64,000 bases of DNA from Eledone cirrhosa (lineage: Eukaryota): positions 6,076,001 through 6,140,000 of the forward strand of contig OZ024743.1 of the NCBI GenBank assembly GCA_964016885.1. Direction: 5' to 3'. Below, in pieces: positions 35,317 through 48,039 of this stretch. Position 1 is the first letter of the stretch. Each line of letters opens with the position of its first letter. Below the pieces are notes generated by a model. It did not search any database and was not told the origin of the DNA. It saw only the letters and a list, made by a program, of their open reading frames with translations. The translations under genes and the position numbers were made by a program.

Positions 35317-37194
35317 TATTAAACTGTAGTTGCTGTAATCTTGAGGTATACTAATTTTACAGGTTTCACTTCAACTTAGAGAAGGAATGGGGGAGGTTGA
35401 GTTTTAATAATCTTAAAATAATTTTAACAAAACTTCCAACAGACCCCTAACTATTCAGGGAATTGATAAATTTATATATAGCAAGCATTTTATCCTATTC
35501 ATGGTCTATCTATTTACTATCCATATACTAAAGTGAACTTGAATGTGCTTTTATAGATAATGGTTGGTATTCCAAATTTTTAAATGATGCATGTTTAGCA
35601 GAATAATTGGGGGTGTTGGTAGTTACCATTTTAGTAGTTATATGGTAGTTTACTGTATTTGTTGTGTTGTCAATTGTTGAAGATGGTCGTTGATGATCAA
35701 TAAATTGTGACAGACCAACAAGGAAAACCAAACTGCTAATTTTAATATTTTTATTTGTGAATGCACCGGCCTCATGAGCCTTAAATGGCTTAAGACAGAC
35801 TTTAGACTTACACCATTTATGAAAAATATAAAAACATGTAGCAAAAATAACACAATTAGAATATAGTGATATAGTGTTTTGTCAGCAAGTTGTTAAATAA
35901 TAGTTTTCACAGAATAGTGTTTTGTTGTTATATGTGGGAATTTGTGAGTGAATGTGTGAATGCAATGATGTGAGTTGATATATGATATTGCTTTGCACAT
36001 GGTAGATTTACTGATCTGAGTATTATGGCCCAGCTGCAGCAGAGCCTTAATGACCAGCAGCTGCTACAGCTGAGCATCAGCTGTCAATTGTGTGAGAGAC
36101 TAGTAGAGTAAGAGGTAGAGAGGTAAGAGAGTGAAACTGAATTTGAGCTGGGCTTAAATAACTGTGTTTCATGATAGCTATTTCAAGTTATAGTGTTATA
36201 GCTATTTCCATTTGCATTTCAATATTCACAGATTTAACCATGCATAGATATAACATCTTTTGTATTAAAGCTGGTGTATATTTTGCACAAAAAGTCTGTC
36301 ATGGTGGAAAAGGAGATAGTAATATATATATATAAAGAGAGAGAGAGGAGGAGAGAAAGAGCTGTAATAAGTCTTTATGGAAAGAGAATAGTTTATGGAA
36401 AGGCTTGAAAGGAATTGGTTACAGTCTGCAAGAGAGAAGACTGCATTGGTATGAATGATGGCAGCTGTATAAAGAAGTGCAAAGAAATCCCAATGAAATT
36501 GGAACATGGAAAAGGTAGACCCAAGAAAACATGATATGAGGTAGTGAAGACTGGTCTTAAGAAGCTGAACCTCATAATGGAGATGACAAAGGACTATATG
36601 GAATGGTGTCATGCTTTCTGGTGAAGACTTGCCAACTGACCCATCCACTCCCACTATCAATCCATAGTAACTATCCCCAACATCACTGGATATCCTATTC
36701 ACACACCCCTCCAATATCACTCCCTAGTAGTTATTCTCAGTATCTATGTACACATCCATCCACACTCCACTCTTCAAATCCTAACACCCACACCTAATAC
36801 TGGTGCCACATGAGGTGCACCCTGTAGGGTAGTTGGTGACAGGAGGGACATTCTGATGCTATGTCAAAGAGGGATGGGAAGACTCTCCAGTTATGTGAGA
36901 GCCATGACAGCCTATCTAGTGTTGGCCAATTGCATAATGAATGTACTCAGCACACTCTGTAAAATGGTTGATGATAGGAAAGGCATCCAACATAGAAAAC
37001 CTGCCAACCAAAGTGACTGGCAACAGGAAGGGTATCCAGCTGTGTAAAACCCACAAAACAAAGGGATGCAAGGACTCTTCAGTTATGCCAAAATCGTGAA
37101 AAGCCCATTCTGTGTTGATGATTTACACTATGTAAAGTGGTTGGTGATTGGAAGGCCATTCAGCCATAGAAAACCTGGTAAACAAAGGGTCAAG

Positions 37195-37895
37195 AGAACT
37201 TATAGATTAGAAATAAATGAAGCTTGCATGCTCTGATGGATAGTAATAGTAATAGTAATATATGCGAACGACAAAGCATAAACGAATTAAGAGAGAGACT
37301 AAACATAAGAGGAATCAAATGCTGTGTGCAGGAGAGGAGATTACGTTGGTATGGAAATGTGATGTGTATGAAGGATGACAGCTGTATAAAAAAGTGCAAC
37401 CAAAATTTATGGAAGCTATGGAGTACATAGACCCAGAAAAATCTGGGACGAGGTGATAAGACAATGCCACTCGATCGAGGTCTTTGACACTATGCACTAA
37501 TTCTGAAGACTCGCCTTCCCTTACGTATGAACTTAAACCTACAGTCAGTAGGCCTCTCTTAACTCAATATACACCCCACACCACCCTTTCTCTGTAAAGT
37601 TATGTTGGTACCACAGAACATCCATTCCACACTGTTAAGTGGTCATGTAGGTGTCACGACAACATGCACCTAGTCCTCACGGTAAAGTCGTCATGTAGGA
37701 GACACAGTAAAAAGGCTCCACTTCCACAATATAAATGTGATTGGTGTTAGGAAGGACATCCAGCTGTAGAAAAACTGGCTGGAAACAGTTCTATACGAGC
37801 GAGATATGGTCACCTGACCAATCTTGCCTCAAGTGGGACAAACCCGTCTAACCCATGCTAGCATGGAAGATGGATGTTGAACGATGATGATGATG
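37195..37895 (+). mobile_element. Decayed RTE LINE 3' fragment
   Basis: ERQSINELRERLNIRGIKCCVQERRLRWYG, RTE 3' UTR and (gat)n tail. An older RTE fragment also lies at ~36400-36620. Confidence 0.8.
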
Positions 37896-38170
37896 GGGAT
37901 AAGAACCTCCCTAGTGTTGATGTCACAATAAAATGCATATGATAGTGTGTAGACTCATTTGTGAGTAAGTCGTGGGGCACCGGCCTATCTGAGCACTCTG
38001 TAGGGTGCAGGATCGTAAACAAGATGCAGCCTCATGACCCACTGTGGGGTCAGTACTCCTGTTTTGAGTTCCAATCTAGTTTACAAATGACCCGTCCAAC
38101 CTTTGCAGACAGGGAAAAAAGTGGACATTAAACAATGATGAAGATGATGAAGTAAAATAAAACAAGTTAC

Positions 38171-38360
38171 CTTTCTTATCAAATACTAAATCCAATGCCA
38201 GAAGGTTTGTCACTATAATCCAGCTGGAAGATTGCATGCAGTGTTGTGCATCAGCAAAGAGGACATTAGTTTTACAAAGCAACATTAGTTGTTCAATGTT
38301 ATATTGATTATGATACATTTGAAGAGCCATTTCAGATCGAAACTCCTCAACATCAAAAAT
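38171..38360 (-). CDS. Host gene 2 exon (IFDVEEFRSEMALQMY..SSWIIVTNLLALDLVFDKK)
   Basis: Acceptor ttttctttcacag|, donor |gtaact, 190 nt, phase 0-1. Confidence 0.82.
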
Positions 38361-40220
38361 CTGTGAAAGAAAATTGAAAGGAATTGATTTTGAATGTTTT
38401 TCAACCAAACTTTCATTTTTAATTGACAAATATATAAAATATTTATGATATTATAATTGAACTAAAAGGATCATGAAATAACTTTAACCCTTTAATTTTC
38501 AGAGTATCTCAGATTTTCAAAATTTCAGAGTATCTCAGATCCTCTAAGATAGGCTAAAGAGTTGCATACAGTTCTGGTTCTGATTTCTGACCCCTGTGCT
38601 ATATTAATAACTCGTATTTTGATTAATTTATTCGATGGTATGCAATACTAATATATTTTATGATGTGCTTTATAGTATTGTTGATGTATGGCAATGTTGG
38701 ATTTGTATAGTGCTGAGTGTTGGTGTATTTTATGGAAATTATATAATTAAATTGTGTTGGGATGAGTTACAATCAAATCAGTATCTTATTTAAGAAAGCT
38801 GAATTTAGCTAATTTACAAACTCAAAATCATTGTTGTGACTCACAAAGATAACATTTAGTCTTACTTTAACTAGATCCTCCTGGCTGGTAATAATTCCTT
38901 GATGTTCTATAACTTGCTGGGAGAAGTATGGTTGCCCTGCTTCCAAAAAATCTTTAACAAATACTGGGAAATGGCTGTTGTTCCTCAAAAAGATGCTACC
39001 ATCTTCTTGACTCAGAACTATATGCTGAAAAAATAGATTAGATACAAGAAAATACTACTTCTGTATTTGCAACAGTTATTTTATTTTTAAATATTAGAGG
39101 CTTTCAATGAATGAATCACTAGCTTGTTTACATATATCAATTTTCTTATAGGGAATTTGTATCAAGGAATTCATGTGGAAAAAGAAGAAAAAAATATTAT
39201 AATTTTGACTAATAGCCAGAGAATTAGCAACATATTAAAACTGACGATGATAATGACTATGATGATGGTGGGGGTGGTGATGCAAATGGTTGTAGTGGTG
39301 GCAACAGTACTTACAATGATGAGAATAATAATTATGATGGCAGCAACACTAGCTCATAAAATAAATATGATACTGTATATACATCATACCCTTAAATTAA
39401 AACAATTGAAAGCCCTATGTAGTCATACTGGCATACAAAAAATATCTCATGGCTCAATGTAGAGAAATCAGTATACATACATTTTATACAAGATCCATAC
39501 TTCACATTAACAGCCAAGTCATATTTTTGCTAAATACTCACAAAATATGAAGACTCATGTTTAATCTAAGGCTACAAACACTCATACAAAAAGGCAATCT
39601 AATGGCTATCAAGTTTCTTATTTAGACACAAGGTTGGCATTTTTTGTGGAGAGTCAATTAAATCGACTTGACTGGTACTCTGGTATATTTTGACACCAGA
39701 AGGCTAAATTAGCCTAGGTGGGACTTGAAGGTCATATTGACTTGAATAAATTGAGAGAATGCAGAATATTACATAGTCTTTAATCTCCCATGATACACGG
39801 CAACCTCAGTGGTGCTGGTGCCAAGTTAAAATGCACCTAGTGCCCTCTGTAAACTTGTTACTGTTTGACAGACAATTTAAGCTTGAGAGGACATTTTAGT
39901 TCTGCTTAGGTCATATCCTCTTTAGGGCCAAAGCCATGATGAAATAGACCCAGTACACTGTGTAAAGTAGTTGGTATTAAGAAGGGAATCCATATATATA
40001 TATATATAGAGATATTTCTGAAGACAGCATATATATGTGTAGGTATGTATATTCCCTCTGATAGTTTGTAAAACTTTTACATAGATCTATATGATATACA
40101 TACCAACACACACATATATATCCTAGAAACGATTGTAAAATGATGAATTTTTTAATATAAGGAACTGTTTCTTTGTTTTTATTTATTATTTTTATTAATT
40201 TATATATATATGTATATATA

Positions 40221-40795
40221 TAGTGTGGTGCAGATAAATCCAGATTTTTTACGCCGTTACAGTGCCATGATGTCACAGTGTAGTGAGATTTCAAGAGCGC
40301 CATTAGAATGTACTATACCTCCATAGTTGTCTGGCCCTTGATGCATGAGATACTTAGTTATCGACTTGTCTTCAGAATACCATTGTCGAGCTGCCAACCA
40401 CAAAGCCAAGGAAATCATTGAATGGTTTAAATACCCTAAAACCATGATCTATGACCTTGCAAAGACCTATGGTGCATCAGACAACAAGGACAGTTTCAGG
40501 CCAGAATGAAATACTCATAAGAAGTACTCTCATGCCACCAGAAAGCCAGAGTTCGTCCTCGCTAATGGCTACGTGGGGCTCCTGGACGAGTACCTCAAGC
40601 CCTGGATGGAAAGAGCATTTAATGGGAGACCGTAAATCTTTCAACAGGACTCCGTTCCTACCTACAAGGCCTGAACCATCTATTATATATGTGCCTAACT
40701 GTATATAAAGTTCATTGAAATAGATTAATTTGTTATATAAAAAAAACTGTTTTTATTATCCATTAATCTTTTCTGTATTTATCTGCACCACACTG
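40221..40795 (+). mobile_element. Tc1/mariner internally deleted element
   Basis: TIRs agtgtggtgcagataaat / atttatctgcaccacact. Transposase-like fragments KEIIEWFKYPKTMIYDL, YLKPWM, FQQDSVP. Confidence 0.75.
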
Positions 40796-41127
40796 TGTGT
40801 ATGTGGTTGGTGTTAGGAAGGGCATCCAGCCATAGAAAACATGCCAGAGACAGTTCTGTATGAGCGAGATACGGTCTCCTGACCAATCTTGCCTCAAATG
40901 GGACAAAACCGTCCAATCCATGCTAGCATGGAAGATGGACATTAAATGATGATGATAATGATGATATATGTGTGTATATAAATATATATATATATATATA
41001 TGTAGGAGGTGAGTTTTATTGTAGTACAATAAAGCAATGCAGATATCGGATAAGAAGCACTCTACAGTTTGTAGGACTGGAGTATATATAATATATAAGA
41101 TCAAAAGATGGTTAAAGGAGTTCCATG

Positions 41128-41198
41128 TATTTTATTATGCGCATTTCAAAAACAAACATCATCATGCAATAATATTTGTGTTTTCATCAGATAAAACA
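41128..41198 (-). ncRNA. Type I hammerhead ribozyme, minimal palindromic stem III (AUGCGCAU)
   Basis: UUUUAU-CUGAUGA-(15-bp stem II, loop UGCAUG)-GAAA-UGCGCA-UA^AUAAAA. Confidence 0.85.
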
Positions 41199-41324
41199 GG
41201 AGGACATGATATGAAGGCTAAAAAACACTTGTGGATAGTGCAGTTTTAAATCAACATATGTTGATATGTTGATTTAAAACTGCACTATCCACAAGTGTTT
41301 TTTAACCTTCATATCATGTCTTCC

Positions 41325-41395
41325 TGTTTTATCTGATGAAAACACAAATATTATTGCATGATGATGTTTGTTTTTGAAATGTGCATAATAAAATA
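41325..41395 (+). ncRNA. Type I hammerhead ribozyme (mirror copy; stem III AUGUGCAU)
   Basis: CTGATGA at 41333-41339, GAAA at 41376-41379, predicted cleavage after AUA at 41387, stem I ttttat/ataaaa. Confidence 0.82.
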
Positions 41396-41423
41396 CATGG
41401 AACTCCTTTAACCATCTTTTGAT

Positions 41424-41453
<30 letters not shown>

Positions 41454-41456
<3 letters not shown>

Positions 41457-44400
41457 TCATCATCATCATCATCAACGTTTAACGTCCGTGTTCCACGCTT
41501 GCATGGGTTTGGACGGGGGTAGTCCCACTTGAGGCAAGAGTGATTGTCTTGCTCGCATAGGACTGTCTGGCAGGTTTTCTACAGTTGGATGCCCTTCCTA
41601 ACACCAACCACATTTACAGTGTGGGTCTGGGAGGTTTTTACCGTGTTGCCTACACGGCCACATTACAGCGTGGACTGTGTGTTTTTTTGTCGTGACACCT
41701 ACACGATCTCATTTGTTTCGGCCTCGATGGCGCGGCACCAACATAACTTTACATAGAACGGGGTGGTGTGGATCGGGTGGGGGTGGGGGTGGTGGGACGG
41801 GGTGTATTTTGTTAGAGATGCCTACTGGCTGGAGTAGGTTTTACTATATATTTAGGTAAGGCGGGTCTTCTCTGTTACTGAGTACCGCCAAAGGTCTCGG
41901 TCCAGTGACATTGTCTTGGAGAGGTGTAAGTGTGTGATGTCGGAGTTTATCAGCTCGTCCCAGGTTTTTCTAGGTCTGCCTATTCCGTGACTACCGTCTA
42001 TCTTTATTGCCCTGCACTTTGTTATACAGCTATCGACTTTCATGCGCATCACGTGTCCATACCAACGTAGCCTTCTCTCGAGTAAACAACATCTGATCCC
42101 TCTTATCTCTAATTTTTTCCTTAGTTCGTTTATGCTTTGCCGTTCACGTATATTACTGTTACACATCCAGCGGAGCATGCAAGCTTCGTTCCTCTCTAGT
42201 CTGCGTATATCCTCTGCACACAATGCCCAGGTCTCACTGCCATGCAGCATTGCTGTTCGTATGCAGGCATCGTACAACCTGCCTTTCATTTTTAGTGAGA
42301 ACCCTTTAGCAGCTAATAGTGGTATAAGCTCTCTGAACTTTTTCCAACCAGTTCTGACTCTAGCTACAGTACTTTCAGAGCACCCTCCCCCACTGCTGAT
42401 TTTATCGCCCAGGTAACGGAAGCTGTCCACTATTTCTATAGAACCCTCTGCGCAATTGAAAGAGCTAGTAGTTTGTGGGCACTTGCTGCTACTTATTGCA
42501 CCAGAGCACCGGCCACATGTAAAATCTATGTTCTTAGTTAGCTTACCTGTGATCCCACTACATCTTTTATGCACCCATACTTTGCATTTAGGACATAAAA
42601 TGGAGTTTCTACCTACGCCTTTCCTACACACCGAGCACGACCATTTCCCAGAAGGGACCGCCGCCTTGTTTTCTTTCCTACAAACTAGTACTTTGGTCTT
42701 AGCCAGGTTAATTTTAAGTCCTTTTGACTCTAGGCCGTGCTTCCATGTTTGGAATTTCTTCTCTAGCTCGGCCATTGATTCCGCTATGAGTGTCAGGTCG
42801 TCTGCGTATAGGAGTTCCCATGGGCAGCCTGTCTTGAACTCCTCTGTTATAGCCTGAAGGGCAATAATAAATAGTAGTGGGCTGAGAACAGAGCCCTGAT
42901 GGACGCCAACTTTTACGCTAAACTCTTCACTATATTCGTTGTTAATTCTAACCTTGCTGACTGTTTCTTTATACATGGCTTGTATAGCCCTCACAAGCCA
43001 TTCGTCAACGCCTAGTTTTCTAAGAGCCCACCAGATAATGGAGCGGGGGACTCTGTCGAAGGCTTTCTCCAAGTCGACAAAAGCTAAGTAGAGGGGTTTA
43101 CCTTTAGCTAGGTACTTCTCCTGTAGTTGTCGTACTATGAAAAGAGCGTCTGTGGTACTTTTGCCTGACACAAACCCGAACTGCATTTCATCTAGGTCAA
43201 TTCTCTCTCTGATTAGTTGCGCTATTACTCTTTCCGTGACCTTCATGACCTGGTCGATTAATTTAATGCCTCTATAGTTACTCCTATCTAGGGCGTCTCC
43301 TTTACCCTTATAACAGTTAACGATGATGCTGCTATGCCAGTCCTTCGGAACAACCCCATTCTGTACGACTTGGTTAACTATGCGGGTGACCATGGTGTGT
43401 CCCACCGTGCCAGATGCCTTCAGCATCTCAGCAACTATTTCCGAAGGCCCAGCCGCCTTACCAGTCTTCATATCCTTGATTGCCTTACTTATTATACTCC
43501 CCTCGACTAACACTGCTGGTCCCTCTATTGGGTCGATATGGGGGAGACTGCCTTTCTCCCAATTATTCTCCTCATTTAGAAGCCTTTCATAGTGACACTT
43601 CCAAGCTACCTTCTTATCAGCGTCGGTGATGGCTAGTGTGCCATCGTCGTTTAGTACACACTTCTCCCCGACAATATCACGGTTTTCCTTGACGCATTGC
43701 CTAGCAATCCTGAACACCTCACGTTTTTGGTCATCGCGTTGTAGAACATGCTTGAACTTTCTTTCCTCAGCTTCCCTTCTTGCTAAGTACACTTGTCTCC
43801 TAGCTTCCCTCCTGGCCACTTGATAGTCCTCTCTACTTCCCCCATCCCGCCATACTTTCCAAGCCTGCTTTTTGGCCTTAATTGACCCCTCCACCTTACT
43901 GTTCCACCACCATGTTACTCTCCTCCTGCCTACAGGCCTGCTCCAGCCACAGACCTCGTCTGTCGCCAACAGCAGGTTTGCTTTCAGAAATTCCCACTCT
44001 CCCTCTATATTGTCCGACTCTAAATGTTCTTCCTTACTGTCGAAAGCATCAAGTAATATGCTTTGAAATTTATTCCTGGCTGTGGGGTCCTTTAGCTTCC
44101 ATATTTTCCTCCTGAGGATAGTCCTCTTCTGTTGTCGAGTATGTCTCGTCCTGACTATGAGGTCGCTAATTATCAGTCTATGTTGGGAGGTGCATTCTTC
44201 ATGGGGGAGGGATTTAGTGTTAACAACAGACACTCTGTCACGTCTTCTGGTAAGGATATAATCTACCTGGCTTGTGTGTTCCCCGGATCTATAGGTGATC
44301 AGGTGATTGTCACGTTTTTTGAAGTTAGTGTTACAGATAGTTAGGTTATTTGCATCACAGAATTCCAGGATTCTGGAGCCTTCCTCATTTCTAGTACCAA

Positions 44401-44609
44401 ACCCATAGCCTCCATGGATTTCGTCGTAGCCGTCACAATGTTGTCCAACGTGACCATTTAGGTCGCCTGCGATAATTATATAGTCACTGTCGGATATTTG
44501 GGAGGTAGTTAGCATCAGTGTCTCATAGAATCTGTCTTTTATAGTGCCGGGCAGTCCGGATTGGGGTGCGTACGCAGATATTACTGTCACCGTAGTTCTA
44601 TTGAGGACA
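41454..44609 (-). mobile_element. RTE LINE, young copy, 5'-truncated within the APE domain, (GAT)n tail, in (TA)n
   Basis: Contains the 912-aa ORF plus the shared 3' UTR. Confidence 0.95.
41852..44590 (-). CDS. RTE ORF: APE endonuclease (partial) + reverse transcriptase with inserted PHD finger
   Basis: SAYAPQ, GDLNGHVG, QVDYIL, SQHRLI; FVDLEKAFD, GVHQGSVLSP, YADD; CSVC..CPKC..HKRC..CGRC; FRYLG, RRLRWYGHV, GRPRKTW. No stops. Confidence 0.93.
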   Translation of the reverse strand: MTVISAYAPQSGLPGTIKDRFYETLMLTTSQISDSDYIIIAGDLNGHVGQHCDGYDEIHGGYGFGTRNEEGSRILEFCDANNLTICNTNFKKRDNHLITYRSGEHTSQVDYILTRRRDRVSVVNTKSLPHEECTSQHRLIISDLIVRTRHTRQQKRTILRRKIWKLKDPTARNKFQSILLDAFDSKEEHLESDNIEGEWEFLKANLLLATDEVCGWSRPVGRRRVTWWWNSKVEGSIKAKKQAWKVWRDGGSREDYQVARREARRQVYLARREAEERKFKHVLQRDDQKREVFRIARQCVKENRDIVGEKCVLNDDGTLAITDADKKVAWKCHYERLLNEENNWEKGSLPHIDPIEGPAVLVEGSIISKAIKDMKTGKAAGPSEIVAEMLKASGTVGHTMVTRIVNQVVQNGVVPKDWHSSIIVNCYKGKGDALDRSNYRGIKLIDQVMKVTERVIAQLIRERIDLDEMQFGFVSGKSTTDALFIVRQLQEKYLAKGKPLYLAFVDLEKAFDRVPRSIIWWALRKLGVDEWLVRAIQAMYKETVSKVRINNEYSEEFSVKVGVHQGSVLSPLLFIIALQAITEEFKTGCPWELLYADDLTLIAESMAELEKKFQTWKHGLESKGLKINLAKTKVLVCRKENKAAVPSGKWSCSVCRKGVGRNSILCPKCKVWVHKRCSGITGKLTKNIDFTCGRCSGAISSSKCPQTTSSFNCAEGSIEIVDSFRYLGDKISSGGGCSESTVARVRTGWKKFRELIPLLAAKGFSLKMKGRLYDACIRTAMLHGSETWALCAEDIRRLERNEACMLRWMCNSNIRERQSINELRKKLEIRGIRCCLLERRLRWYGHVMRMKVDSCITKCRAIKIDGSHGIGRPRKTWDELINSDITHLHLSKTMSLDRDLWRYSVTEKTRLT

Positions 44610-45029
44610 TATATATAAAATAACAGTTAAAACTACGCAGCTTACTAAATGTCCTTTATAGAGAATTTCAGCCTGAGATGCTCGTAGTTCTTGTATTGAC
44701 CCCAGACCAAACCTGTTGAAAAAAGTATGATGATATTTTATATCATATTATATATAATAATAATAATAATAGTGTTGCATCATATATATATATATATATT
44801 TAATTAAATATTACATGTTTCACCTTTAATACCTATCATCATCATTTCATTTTATGTCCGCTTTTTCCCTGCTTGCAAGGGTGGGATGGGAACTGATTTT
44901 GGCTTGATTTCTACAGCTGGATGCCCTTCCTAACACCAACCTCATTTACAGTGAGTGCTGGGTGCTTTTTTTGCCGTGGCACCTCCACGACCTCTTTGCA
45001 GTGGAATGATAGGGAACCCAGTCCCTATC

Positions 45030-45175
45030 ATCTCATTTCTACAGCTGAGTAAACTGGAGCAATGTGAAATAAAGTGTCTTGCTCAAGGAAACAACACATC
45101 ACCCGGTCTGAGAATTGAACTCACAACCTTTCGATTGCAAGGCCAATGCTCTAAACACTAAGCCATGTGCCTCCA
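45030..45175 (-). mobile_element. tRNA-derived SINE family 2
   Basis: Reverse complement tggcttagtgtttagagc..gagttcaattctc..tttccttgagcaagacactttatttcac. Confidence 0.72.
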
Positions 45176-45338
45176 TATATATATATATATTTATATATAT
45201 ATAATTGGCAGTAACACTAAGACAGTGTTTAAGCATAATACAGATGTATATGAAAACATATATAAACGTATACAATATGATTATATGGGTAGCCTTGTTG
45301 CCAAAGAAAATATTTTTTGTAATGAAATGAAACGAAAC

Positions 45339-45400
45339 TGAAAAACTTTTAATTTTCTCTATTTTCCTCTGTGAATATATCACAGAGTTGTCAGTATGTT
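45339..45400 (-). CDS. Host gene 2 candidate exon (HTDNSVIYSQRKIEKIKSFS)
   Basis: Acceptor gacattttcag|, phase 1-0 bridges the flanking exons. Donor gtttcg is weak. Confidence 0.4.
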
Positions 45401-46327
45401 CTGAAAATGTCAAACAGCAGTGTTTCAAGATTTGTCAATCTTTAATCAGTCACACTCATTCAAAATGTACTGGCATGAAATAGTCTATAGTATATATAGA
45501 ATTTCGTGTATTATTATAGAAGAACCCCAACTTCGATTTCAGTGAGAAAAAACCTTTTTTTTTCATATACTAGCAACTATTCTGATCTCCAAGATGCTTG
45601 CAATTGATTTTTTTCCCAGGAAAACGGAGGGGTGGCTGTCGACCTCGGAGTTTTCCATACTTTTTCACTTACTTTCATCTAACCTACCTTCAAGATGCTC
45701 GCAATTAACTTTGTGATGGCGGTGTAGATCTGAGAAACTCAGATGGTATATCTGCTCTGTTTCTGTCCCCTTTCCCTCTTTCTACAAAGCTAATCATTTC
45801 CGACTGGTTTGAAGGTCAGATTCATTGATAATAGGCAAAAAAAAAAAATCATAGAGAAAACTAAAATTCTAACCGCATGCCCATAGTATTGGAGTTGTAA
45901 TCTCTCAATTCAGAGAAGTAGTGGCTCTATTTGGAATGACTTTCTGATCTCTGAGCTATGCACAGTATTTATAGTGATCAATGATTATGTGATACACAAA
46001 TTCTGTTATTTGCAAGCAAAGCAGGATAAGGAACATCTTGAAATAGATCCAGCCAATCGAGAGAGAATACATTTAAATTATGATTTATCAAAGAACTGCA
46101 TTATTGAAAGTTATATTATCTTATATATAGATGTATAGAAGCGAACTCTTTTGAAGAAATGTCCCAAAAAATGTATGAATTGAAGTGAAAAATGGGGATC
46201 AGATTGATGATCAATAGATTTGAAGTGATAGGAATTATTATAAAACATGTGATATTTATAAAAGCAATGACAGCAGCAACAACAATGATAATGGTGATAG
46301 TTGTACTGGTGATAGTAATACAGACAC

Positions 46328-46377
46328 TTATGAAATATAAAGTATCTATTATTCCATTCAAATTTAGCTTTGAACAT
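46328..46377 (-). CDS. Host gene 2 candidate exon (CSKLNLNGIIDTLYFI)
   Basis: Acceptor tgtatgtcatag|, phase 2-1. Donor gtgtct is weak. Confidence 0.4.
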
Positions 46378-46836
46378 CTATGACATACAAATATGCATCT
46401 GTAGGTACTTATTAACAAGCATTTCTAATATTTAAAAAATCCTCAAAATTGTTGGGTATTGTTAGTTGATTAGATTGCCCATAGTGACTGGTGTTTTATT
46501 TTATCTACATTAGAAGTAGATCTGTCAACTCTCCCCGCTCAACAGGGAAATTTCCCACCCACTTTGGAGTGCGTGAGAGATGTCTTCTCTTATGAAAATT
46601 CATTATGTAATATCTCCCCATCTTGCCTCATTTCTCCCCGTTTTGGGGCACTTTTGTTCATGGTACTCCCCGTTTGGATGTTTAGAGGTTGGCAGGTCTG
46701 ATGAAAGTCAAAATTGACATCAGAAAGATTTGAACTCAGAATGTAAAGAAAGGAACAACAAATACAAAGAAGCTAGTTATTCTGCCAATCAATTCATTAA
46801 CATATTCAAACACTCATTAATTCAATATTTACATAC

Positions 46837-46988
46837 CTAAATTCATCTCCTCCAAAGGCTGAATTGTCAATTTCATAATATTTTTCTGTGATGTAACATT
46901 CGTTGATAGGTTTATTACCTTCCATATAAGTAACTAGTGCCCAAGCTCCAGGAACTGGTCCATTATTTTTAAGGCGTTGAAGAATATT
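46837..46988 (-). CDS. Host gene 2 exon (NILQRLKNNGPVPGAWALVTYMEG..SAFGGDEFR)
   Basis: Acceptor ttgtgtttcag|, donor |gtatgt, 152 nt, phase 0-2. Confidence 0.82.
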
Positions 46989-47049
46989 CTGAAACACAAA
47001 TGAAATTATACCACATGGATCAGCATTAAATAGAATTTATTCCAATAAA

Positions 47050-47930
47050 CTGGCAGATTTGGTGTATGAGGGAACACAGTGGACAGCTCAGGGGATTCAG
47101 ATTTGTTCATGTGTTCACAGGTGTGTTTGATTTTTATATCAAAAACTTTAGAACAACAAAAAAATGGAGAGATTTTGCACTTCATCTGTATGCATTATAT
47201 GTCTATACCAGTGCATTCTTGCACACTACATCTAATTCCTCTTATACAGAATTTGTCTTGACTCATATGTGATTAGTCATTTATGCATCCTACCATTACA
47301 TATCTACTGTGTGTCACTCTTCACTTTGCCATTTTGTCTCTGGATCATACTCAAACAGTTATGATTCATCTCCTGTTATTACTTTATCTAAGAAATTTGG
47401 TTCAATTTCGAGTTTTTTTTGCAAATCCTAATAAATTTCCAATTGGTTCACTTTCTGCTCTACACTAAAGTGTTTGCACACATTTTTCACATATCAGTTA
47501 AAATTCTGTGAACTGCATTTTTACTCTATCCTGTTTCATCATAATGCTTAATCAGCAATCTTTCGCCATCACTGCTTCCACATTTTGTTTGTTTGTTAAC
47601 AAAATTGACCTTCCAGAATGAGGTTTGTTTTCAACATTTTCTCAGCCCTCTTTGAAAGCCACTTAAAAACCTTACTTCTTGATTGAGTGGCATCTCCAGA
47701 AGCCTGTGTTCAAGAATTAAATATTTGGTGGCAGATTTGTTGAGTTCCACACAAAATTTGATCATACCATTATTGGATATTTTCCTGCATCACAAATATA
47801 ACAAAAGTTATAAAAATATCTGTACATAAACAGCAATAACTTACAACTGACTCAATCGATCATGTTGAAACAGGTATGTATATGCATTCAAGGTCATCAC
47901 CAAGGGCTGCATTACCATGTCGTACATAGG
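47050..47930 (-). pseudogene. Decayed mariner transposase
   Basis: IKFCVELNKSAT..GDATQSRSKVFKW (mariner N-terminal HTH pattern). Paralogous pieces at 53420-53745 and 57316-57641. Confidence 0.7.
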
Positions 47931-48039
47931 AAAATCACTACCCTCACTCTCAGAACAAAACTCATATATCTGTGTGTGTGTTTTATTAATACACCAATAT
48001 GTTATGAAAAACACATTCTGAACTATAAAGCCGGCTGCA

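Larger units (their letters stand above)
41091..41432. mobile_element. Non-coding fold-back element (~168-bp arms) carrying two hammerheads, inserted in (TA)n
   Basis: 41091-41258 is the reverse complement of 41265-41432 with few mismatches. A further fragment lies at 24455-24517. Confidence 0.85.

Noticed and set aside
46517-46700. Small hAT-like MITE (tagatctgtcaac..gttggcaggtctg) inside a decayed SINE
   Set aside because: TIRs are imperfect and no TSD is visible, so it was not listed as a feature.
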